DNA of 21,694 nucleotides, from NCBI GenBank assembly GCA_051652765.1, contig JBOFUV010000108.1:1-21694 (forward strand), read 5' to 3'. Below, in pieces: positions 14,673 to 21,694 of the stretch. The notes under the pieces are model-generated. The model had not been told where the DNA came from. It was given only the letters and a program-made list of their open reading frames with translations, and did not search any database. Each line of letters opens with the position of its first letter. Within the stretch, counting starts at the first letter, position 1. The DNA comes from Microcoleaceae cyanobacterium. Lineage in GTDB: Bacteria; Cyanobacteriota; Cyanobacteriia; Cyanobacteriales; Microcoleaceae. The translations under genes were made by a program, and so were the position numbers.

Positions 14673-17283
14673 GAATAGAAACTATACACTTTTATTATTG
14701 CTCACAAAACTTTCACTGGGAGTTGTTCTTTTGGCTAGCTTGGGCATTTCGACGACTCGAACCCTGGCTTCCAACTTACAACCAGAACTGCCAAACTCAC
14801 AGCAAGGGCTACAGTACGCCATGCAACTACCTCAAGCCTCCCCCAATTCATCTCCAAACTTTCCTCCAAACTGTCGCCAAACCCCAGCAACGTCTTGTCA
14901 AGTTGGGGGACTGTATGTAAAGTCGGAAACGGACATTTCCTCAACTTTTCCGCTCAAACAAACAGCAGTCAAAGCCAAAATAGTCGGCAATCTTTCACGG
15001 GTTGAAGTCACTCAAACCTTTGAGAATCCTTTTAAAGAACCTTTAGAGGCCCTCTATATTTTTCCATTGCCAGACGCAGCGGCAGTAGATGATATGGAGA
15101 TCAAAATTGGCGATCGCACAATTAAATCTCTGATCAAAACCCGTGAAGAAGCTCAAAAAATCTATCAACAAGCCAAGCAAGAAGGGCGAACGGCAGGATT
15201 GTTAGAACAGGAGCGGGACAATATTTTTACCCAGTCCCTAGCCAATATCAAACCGGGTGAACAAATTCAAGTCACGATTCGTTATACCGATAGTCTTAAA
15301 TTTTCCAACGGGGATTATGAGTTTGTGTTTCCGATGGTGGTTGGCCCTCGCTATGTTCCCGGCAATTTGATCGACGGGACTCAACCCAATACGGATCGCG
15401 TTCTGGATGGGGCTCGAATTACCCCACCAGTGTTACCGCCCAATATTCGTTCCGGTCACGATGTCCAGGTTCAGATTGAAATTAATGCCGGAGTTCCTGT
15501 TCAGAATCTGCGTTCTCCTTCCCATCAAATTCTCACCCAAAAACAGGGCAATTCACTACAGGTTACCCTTGCTGAAGGAGACACGATTCCTAACAAAGAT
15601 TTAATCCTGCGCTATCGCATCTCTGGGAATAAAACCCAGGCCACTGTGTTGACTGAAGCAGACCGCAGAGGAGGTCATTTTGCAGCGTATTTAATTCCGG
15701 CGGTGCAATATCAACCCGAGGAAATTGTTGCAAAAGATGTGGTTTTTCTAGTAGATACTTCTGGTTCCCAACGGGGTGAGCCTCTGGCAAAGTCTCAACA
15801 GTTAATCCGACGGTTTATTCAAGGATTAAACCCAGAAGATACTTTTACAATTATTGACTTTTCAGATACAACCACGGCCCTGTCTTCTACTCCATTAACC
15901 AACACCCCTGACAACCGCCAACGGGCGCTCACCTATGTGAACCAACTCGAAGCCCAAGGCGGCACAGAACTTCTGAATGGGATTCAGGCGGTGCTCAATT
16001 TTTCGCCCCCAGATACCGGGCGGTTGCGGAGTGTTGTATTGCTTACCGATGGATACATTGGCAATGAGACTGAGGTTTTGGCCGAAGTTCAAAGTCAATT
16101 AAAATCTGGAAATCGCCTGTATAGTTTTGGAGTGGGCAGTTCGGTCAACCGATTTTTGTTGAATCGTCTGGCTGAAGTTGGACGGGGAACCGTTCAGATC
16201 ACTCGCCCCGATGAACCCAATGATCCTGTGGTTGAAGAATTTTTTCAACAGATTAATAACCCCGTTTTAACCAATATCCAGGTGAATTGGGAGGGAAGTT
16301 CTGCCGTTGAAATTTATCCGGCAACTCCTATAGATTTGTTTGCTAGTCAACCTTTAGTTGTGTTCGGACGGACACCGGATCAAGGGAGTGGTCGATTAAA
16401 AATTACTGGAACTCAAGCCAATGGCGATCGCTACGAGCAAGTTTTAGACGTTAACTTTTCATCAAAAACCAGTGTTAGTGTGCCTGAATCGAGTTCGGTA
16501 GACCCGATCGGGTCTACCACAATCAGTTCTGCCATTGGTTCAACGGGCGGAAACTCAGCCATTGCTCAACTTTGGGGTCGTGCCAAAATTAAGTACCTGG
16601 CTGACCAAATGTTTGGAGGAGAAACCAAATCTGGGGTTGATGCCATGACTCGAACGGCTTTGGATTATCGCTTGTTGTCTGCTTACACAGCTTTTGTTGC
16701 TGTGAGTGAAGAGGTTCGAGTCGATCCCAATGGTCAGCGTCGCACGGTTCAGATTCCGGTGGAACTGCCGGAAGGGGTGAGCCGATCTGGTATTTTTGGG
16801 CCAACTTCAGACTCGTTCACCGGGCAAGGTTTAGTCCGAAGTCGTTTGTCTGTTCAGCAACAACCGATGCCTGCAGGTCGATCTATGGGAGGGGCTCGAG
16901 GAGCTGAAATTGCCCCAATGCCAACGGTTCCCATCAGTCCTCAACCCAGTTTGCCCCCTGCCACTGGAGTAGCCGCGAACACTTCAACCTTGAAGGTAAC
17001 TCAGGCTAAGGGATTAGACCCAGCAGCAACAGTTGAACTCAACCGTTATTTGCAAGGTGTGAGTCTGCCGCCAAAGGTGCAGGGTCAGTTAGTGTTTGAG
17101 GTGTTCACTCAGAATGGCAATGTCCAACGGATTATTTTTGATGACTTGACTTCGACTGTGACACTAGGTCAGGGGGGTAATCCAGCGATTACAGTTGATC
17201 GAATTCGGCGATCGCTCCAAACTTGGCGACCTCCTACTGGAGTCAATGGCATCGTTCGGATTACGGTGCAAATTAACTCATAG
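14671..17283 (+). CDS. VIT (vault/inter-alpha-trypsin) and vWA domain protein, probably exported
   Basis: Signal-like N-terminus; VIT motif VEVTQTFENP...EALYIFPLP..AAV; MIDAS DTSGS, GGTEL, LLTDG; C-terminal SAYTAFVAV. Confidence 0.93.
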   Translation: MNRNYTLLLLLTKLSLGVVLLASLGISTTRTLASNLQPELPNSQQGLQYAMQLPQASPNSSPNFPPNCRQTPATSCQVGGLYVKSETDISSTFPLKQTAVKAKIVGNLSRVEVTQTFENPFKEPLEALYIFPLPDAAAVDDMEIKIGDRTIKSLIKTREEAQKIYQQAKQEGRTAGLLEQERDNIFTQSLANIKPGEQIQVTIRYTDSLKFSNGDYEFVFPMVVGPRYVPGNLIDGTQPNTDRVLDGARITPPVLPPNIRSGHDVQVQIEINAGVPVQNLRSPSHQILTQKQGNSLQVTLAEGDTIPNKDLILRYRISGNKTQATVLTEADRRGGHFAAYLIPAVQYQPEEIVAKDVVFLVDTSGSQRGEPLAKSQQLIRRFIQGLNPEDTFTIIDFSDTTTALSSTPLTNTPDNRQRALTYVNQLEAQGGTELLNGIQAVLNFSPPDTGRLRSVVLLTDGYIGNETEVLAEVQSQLKSGNRLYSFGVGSSVNRFLLNRLAEVGRGTVQITRPDEPNDPVVEEFFQQINNPVLTNIQVNWEGSSAVEIYPATPIDLFASQPLVVFGRTPDQGSGRLKITGTQANGDRYEQVLDVNFSSKTSVSVPESSSVDPIGSTTISSAIGSTGGNSAIAQLWGRAKIKYLADQMFGGETKSGVDAMTRTALDYRLLSAYTAFVAVSEEVRVDPNGQRRTVQIPVELPEGVSRSGIFGPTSDSFTGQGLVRSRLSVQQQPMPAGRSMGGARGAEIAPMPTVPISPQPSLPPATGVAANTSTLKVTQAKGLDPAATVELNRYLQGVSLPPKVQGQLVFEVFTQNGNVQRIIFDDLTSTVTLGQGGNPAITVDRIRRSLQTWRPPTGVNGIVRITVQINS

Positions 17284-17491
17284 TTCATCACGCTATGGCA
17301 ATCCCAAATCAATCATGAGAAAACCATAGCGGAGTGGAAGACTGAGTCACTGTAGGCCAGTCGAGAAGAACGGAGGTGAAGTCACCGTGCCTCTTGGTCA
17401 GGGCTGATGCTAGGTTGAGAGCTAGATGTTGAGTCGCATTTCCCTAAGGACGCTACAATGGGATTAATCCTGCATCACATCGGTTGGATCT

Positions 17492-19003
17492 ATGACGACT
17501 GCCATCCCTACAAAAGTTGAGCTTGTAAAGACTGAGTACGAAGCTGTTATTGGGTTAGAAACTCACTGTCAGCTCAGCACAGAGACTAAGATTTTTTCCA
17601 GTTCCTCTACAGCCTTTGGGGCCGAACCCAATACAAATATTGACCCTGTCTGCATGGGGTTGCCGGGAGTCTTGCCCGTTCTGAACCAGAAAGTGTTGGA
17701 ATATGCGGTGAAAGCAGGGCTGGCCTTAAACTGTACCATTGCACCCTACAGCAAGTTTGACCGCAAACAGTACTTTTACCCTGATTTGCCCAAGAATTAT
17801 CAAATTTCCCAATACGACTTGCCCATCGCTGAACACGGTTGGCTGGAAGTCGAAATGATTGATGAACAGGGCAATGTCACCCGCAAGAAAATTGGTATCA
17901 CTCGCCTGCACATGGAGGAAGATGCCGGAAAGCTAGTTCATGGTGGGAGCGATCGCCTCGCTGGGTCTACCTACTCCATGGTGGACTACAACCGCGCAGG
18001 CATACCATTGATTGAAATCGTTTCTGAACCAGATATGCGTTCAGGTCAAGAAGCCGCTGAATATGCCCAAGAACTACGCCGGATTGTGCGTTATTTGGGG
18101 GTGAGTGATGGCAATATGCAAGAGGGTTCCCTGCGCTGTGACGTTAACGTTTCTGTGCGCCCTGTCGGACGAGAACGGTTCGGCACGAAGGTTGAAATTA
18201 AGAACATGAACTCTTTCAGTGCGATTCAACGGGCGATTGAATATGAAATTCAACGGCAAATTGCTGCGTTGGAGTCTGGAGAATCCATCGTTCAGGAAAC
18301 TCGCCTTTGGGAGGAAGGCAGCCAACGAACTATTAGTATGCGGATCAAAGAGGGATCAAGCGATTATCGTTACTTCCCGGAGCCAGATTTACCTCCCCTT
18401 GAAGTCACCCCAGAACAATTAGAAGGGTGGTACAAAAATCTGCCGGAACTGCCAGCCCATAAGCGTCACCGCTATGAAACTGAGTTGGGGTTGTCTCCCT
18501 ACGATACCAGGGTATTAACTGACGACCACACCATCGCTGGCTATTTTGAAGCAACAGTTATAGCAGGGGCCGATGCCAAACAAGCCGCAAATTGGATCAT
18601 GGGAGATATTACAGCGCACCTCAAAAATGAGAAGCTCAATGTTGCTGATATCGCCTTAACAGCAGAACATTTAGCCGAGTTGATTGATTTGATTGACTCC
18701 GGAACAATCAGCGGAAAAATTGCTAAAGACATTCTGCCAGAATTGCTGGCTCAAGGGGGTTCTCCTCAGGCTCTCGTTGAAAAGCAAGGTTTGATTCAGA
18801 TTTCTGATACTGGAGAAATTGAGAAAATTATTGATGAAGTCTTGGCCGCCCATCCTACTGAATTAGAACGATATCGAGCTGGAAAAACCAAACTACAAGG
18901 CTTTTTTGTGGGTCAAATCATGAAGAAAACTCAAGGTCGAGCTGACCCAAAGTTAACCAATCAAGTCCTTGAGAACAAGCTAAAACCAGAGTCTGCGCCC
19001 TAA
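17492..19003 (+). CDS. gatB: Asp/Glu-tRNA(Asn/Gln) amidotransferase subunit B
   Basis: [69 protein letters not shown]. Confidence 0.99.
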   Translation: MTTAIPTKVELVKTEYEAVIGLETHCQLSTETKIFSSSSTAFGAEPNTNIDPVCMGLPGVLPVLNQKVLEYAVKAGLALNCTIAPYSKFDRKQYFYPDLPKNYQISQYDLPIAEHGWLEVEMIDEQGNVTRKKIGITRLHMEEDAGKLVHGGSDRLAGSTYSMVDYNRAGIPLIEIVSEPDMRSGQEAAEYAQELRRIVRYLGVSDGNMQEGSLRCDVNVSVRPVGRERFGTKVEIKNMNSFSAIQRAIEYEIQRQIAALESGESIVQETRLWEEGSQRTISMRIKEGSSDYRYFPEPDLPPLEVTPEQLEGWYKNLPELPAHKRHRYETELGLSPYDTRVLTDDHTIAGYFEATVIAGADAKQAANWIMGDITAHLKNEKLNVADIALTAEHLAELIDLIDSGTISGKIAKDILPELLAQGGSPQALVEKQGLIQISDTGEIEKIIDEVLAAHPTELERYRAGKTKLQGFFVGQIMKKTQGRADPKLTNQVLENKLKPESAP

Positions 19004-19056
19004 GTATTGATGCTGATTGTTCAGACTTCAAACTATAAAACCATCTTTATTGAAGA

Positions 19057-21069
19057 CTACACTTCAGCACCAATCTCCAGCACCTCTTGAAGTTGAATAA
19101 CATCCTGACGAGGATCAACATGAACAACCTTCACCTTAAACCGATCGCCGAGTTGCATCGTGTGATTAAAGCGCATTTGCAACTCCAAAGCCAACTCCTC
19201 AAGTAAAACTAGGCCAATCCCATTCTCCTCGCGCCACCACCTCAGCAACATTGCGTGCCAGACTTGGTTGCCTTGACGACGCAGATATTCTAAGCTCCAA
19301 TAACGATTTGTTTCTCGTTCAACCTTGGCAGCTTCCTTAACTGTCGTTCCCAAGCTCATCACCATTTCCTGCATTTGTCCATTAGAAAAAGGAGGGTCTT
19401 CACCTCGCAGATGGGCTTTAATTTGAAAATGAGTCAAAAGATCACTATAACGCCGAATTGGAGAAGTCACTTGAGTATAGGTATCTAAAGCCAAACTAGC
19501 ATGACGCGCTGGGGTTAGAGTCACTTCACTTCGCGGCATGTATCGTCGCATGACACAAGCCCGAACTGCTCCTGCTGGCAGTCTCATCAACTCTTCTTGA
19601 GGGGGTAGATCAGGTTGGGGTTGACTGCGGTAGGGCAATGCAATATTATGAGCCTGACCATAGCGAGCGGCAACTTCTCCTGCAAGAATCATCATCTCTG
19701 CAACCATCTGTCTTGCCGGGGAGTCATCCAATACTGTAACCATTACTTCATCTGCTTCAACTTTAACTGAAGACTCAGGCATATAAATACTAATGGCACC
19801 TTGAGAGTCCCGCCACTGCTTACGACGCTTGGCCCAGAAGGCAATCCGCTCAATCTCCGGCTCAGCCTGAACTCCTAACTGCAACATCTCGTCCACATCT
19901 TCATAAGTCAGGCGATAAGTAGGTTTAACCTGAGTTGCATGAATACTGAACTCCTGAACTTCCCCTGATTCCTCTAAAATGACAGCAAAACTTAGAGCGC
20001 AGCAAACTTGACCCTGGACTAAGCTCATTGGACCCGTCGCCAACTCAGGAGGGAACATCGGAATCATGCCGGTTGGCAGATATACTGTCGTTGTTCGACG
20101 GCGAGCCTCTAAGTCAAGCTCATCTCCTGGAGAAATTAGACGAGTCGGATCTGCAATGTGAATCCATAGACGTTGTCGATGATCATCAAGAAACTCCAAG
20201 CTCAGACCATCATCAATCTCTCGCGTACTTTCATCATCAATCGTATAGAGCTTAAGATGCGTCAAGTCTAAGCGACTAATATCAGGATCAACAGGCTGAA
20301 CGTCTAAGCAATGATGTGCCACTTCACTTACCCGAACTGGAAACTCAATAGGGAGCTGACTACGATGCAATGACAAATTTTCATGCTGACTCCACCTTCC
20401 CAAATCCACCAGGAGTTGAAAAGAGCCATGATTAGTCTGAGCACGTCCGAGAGCAGACAGAGTCTCAAAGGCTAGCACCACATGCAGCGCCTCATCACCA
20501 TAGAGAGCAAGCCGTTCTAAAGACTCCAAACGAGAAAAATCAGTTATTTCCCAGCTTACAGGTTCCCCTTTCAAGCATCGATGAACTCGTTCCCAAAACT
20601 CCTGAGTTTCATTCTGACGCTGTTGTTCAACCTTCTGTTGATGCTTGATCTCGGCAACTTGATTCAGGGAACGAGGCTCGTAGCGATCACCTCTCTGCTT
20701 AAAATAAAGCTTGTCACTAGACAGAAGCAAATAGCTTGCATAACACTGAGATGGACTAGCCTCTGAAAATAACAGCAGTGCCATCTCCTCTGGAGTAACA
20801 GCTTCGTCTCCCTCAACAAGGAACTCCCAAGCCACCTCAAGACTTGAGGGGTCAAGATAAACCTGCAATTCCTGAGAAAACCTAACAATTTCAGAGGAGC
20901 GAAAAGTTAGCCCAGGAACTTCATAAGTAATCTGACGAGGATGTATGGCATGGGAATTTCCCTGCTCATCAACTAAGATCCAATGCTTCTTACCCTCGGG
21001 GCGTTCAGCAACAGCAAGTCGGCGCTCTCCATTCAATTTAAATTCAACCAGAGTTCCCCTTTCCACCAA
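19057..21069 (-). CDS. rnb: RNase II/R family exoribonuclease
   Basis: RNB catalytic motif YTIDDESTREIDDGLS, WIHIADP, YTQVTSPIRRYSDL; rpmG-rpsR-rnb order typical of cyanobacteria. Start TTG 21069 or GTG 21066. Confidence 0.95.
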   Translation of the reverse strand: MVERGTLVEFKLNGERRLAVAERPEGKKHWILVDEQGNSHAIHPRQITYEVPGLTFRSSEIVRFSQELQVYLDPSSLEVAWEFLVEGDEAVTPEEMALLLFSEASPSQCYASYLLLSSDKLYFKQRGDRYEPRSLNQVAEIKHQQKVEQQRQNETQEFWERVHRCLKGEPVSWEITDFSRLESLERLALYGDEALHVVLAFETLSALGRAQTNHGSFQLLVDLGRWSQHENLSLHRSQLPIEFPVRVSEVAHHCLDVQPVDPDISRLDLTHLKLYTIDDESTREIDDGLSLEFLDDHRQRLWIHIADPTRLISPGDELDLEARRRTTTVYLPTGMIPMFPPELATGPMSLVQGQVCCALSFAVILEESGEVQEFSIHATQVKPTYRLTYEDVDEMLQLGVQAEPEIERIAFWAKRRKQWRDSQGAISIYMPESSVKVEADEVMVTVLDDSPARQMVAEMMILAGEVAARYGQAHNIALPYRSQPQPDLPPQEELMRLPAGAVRACVMRRYMPRSEVTLTPARHASLALDTYTQVTSPIRRYSDLLTHFQIKAHLRGEDPPFSNGQMQEMVMSLGTTVKEAAKVERETNRYWSLEYLRRQGNQVWHAMLLRWWREENGIGLVLLEELALELQMRFNHTMQLGDRFKVKVVHVDPRQDVIQLQEVLEIGAEV

Positions 21070-21075
21070 TCAAAG

Positions 21076-21291
21076 CTAACCTTCTTTATTAACAAAAGGA
21101 ACCATCGCTAAAATCCTAGCTTGCTTAATTGCCTTGGTCAAGTCTCGCTGCTGTTTGCACGTTAAGCCAGTGATCCTTCGAGGAAGAATCTTACCACGCT
21201 CTGTAACAAACCTACGAAGCAACTCAACGTTCTTGTAATCTATGGGAATTTTAGGATCAACGGGAGAAACCTGACGACGGAAATAAGTCAT
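21076..21291 (-). CDS. rpsR: 30S ribosomal protein S18
   Basis: [47 protein letters not shown]. Confidence 0.99.
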   Translation of the reverse strand: MTYFRRQVSPVDPKIPIDYKNVELLRRFVTERGKILPRRITGLTCKQQRDLTKAIKQARILAMVPFVNKEG

Positions 21292-21334
21292 AGCTGGTAT
21301 CCTCTACAGTTAAGCTGTAAATAAAACAGAGACA

Positions 21335-21523
21335 TTACTTTGTCTCCTTATGAACCGTGTGCTTATTACAATGTGTACAAAACTTCTTAAGTTCTAAACG
21401 TCCAGAAGTATTACGACGATTTTTTGTTGAAGTGTAACGAGAGACCCCTTTAGAACGCTTATTAGCATTAGTACGACATTCAGTACATTCCAAAGTAATT
21501 ATAATACGAACGCCTTTAGCCAT
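21335..21523 (-). CDS. rpmG: 50S ribosomal protein L33 (Zn-binding form, 62 aa)
   Basis: [16 protein letters not shown]...[35 protein letters not shown] at 21523; two CxxC motifs. Confidence 0.99.
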   Translation of the reverse strand: MAKGVRIIITLECTECRTNANKRSKGVSRYTSTKNRRNTSGRLELKKFCTHCNKHTVHKETK

Positions 21524-21597
21524 AACAAATACATTTAATCCTTTAAAGTCATCTGAGAACCCTAAAGACTGCATAGAGAGAGAAGAGAAAGAGGAGA

Positions 21598-21694
21598 AGG
21601 TCAAGCCCTCGGTCTATTAGTGTGCCTTGGCTACATACATCGCTGCACTTCCACCGAGCACCTATCAACGGGTAATCTGCCCGTGACCTTACTG
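21598..21694 (-). rRNA. rrl: 23S rRNA 3'-terminal ~97 nt (truncated by window edge)
   Basis: Minus strand reads CAGTAAGGTCACGGGCAGATTACCCGTTGATAGG...GTGGAAGTGCAGCGATGTATGTAGCC...ACTAATAGACCGAGGGCTTGACCT, the conserved cyanobacterial 23S 3' end. Confidence 0.93.

Larger units (their letters stand above)
382..17956. repeat. HIP1 octamer GCGATCGC, 10 dispersed copies
   Basis: Copies start at 382, 2726, 3438, 5700, 6291, 13771, 15110, 16424, 17208 and 17949; fewer than one is expected by chance. Typical cyanobacterial signature. Confidence 0.93.

Noticed and set aside
828..20888. Remaining short (60-105 aa) ORFs nested in or antisense to large CDSs
   Set aside because: Shadow frames of well-supported genes with no recognisable motifs.
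21524..21604. N-terminal extension of L33, or a hidden 5S rRNA
   Set aside because: The extension overlaps the 23S end and is low-complexity; the spacer is too short for a 5S and lacks its conserved motifs.

Overview
Cyanobacterial chromosomal segment: there are 10 HIP1 GCGATCGC sites and the gene content is cyanobacterial. Most of it is housekeeping or conserved genes, in order: alr (5'-partial), GIY-YIG protein, SAM methyltransferase, small exported/membrane protein, Zn-ribbon membrane protein plus a ProA paralog, ilvN, stand-alone receiver, KDSR-like SDR, cobM, polysaccharide deacetylase-NAGPA fusion, ABC1/AarF kinase with its small partner, Ser/Thr pseudokinase, VIT-vWA protein, gatB, rnb, rpsR, rpmG, and the 3' end of a 23S rRNA. 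The most notable signals are non-coding: (1) the 23S rRNA 3' end is followed 74 bp later by rpmG-rpsR-rnb with no 5S gene; (2) a single-copy NsiR1-like sRNA with a DIF1 (TCCGGA) promoter motif lies divergent from cobM; (3) an orphan, highly structured ~280-nt element begins with an IS200/IS605-like end hairpin; (4) a 151-bp MITE has terminal inverted repeats and a 9-bp target duplication; (5) many unrelated 12-14-bp tandem duplications occur. Two proteins look catalytically dead (the ProA paralog and the kinase). All family assignments are from motif recognition; no searches were run.
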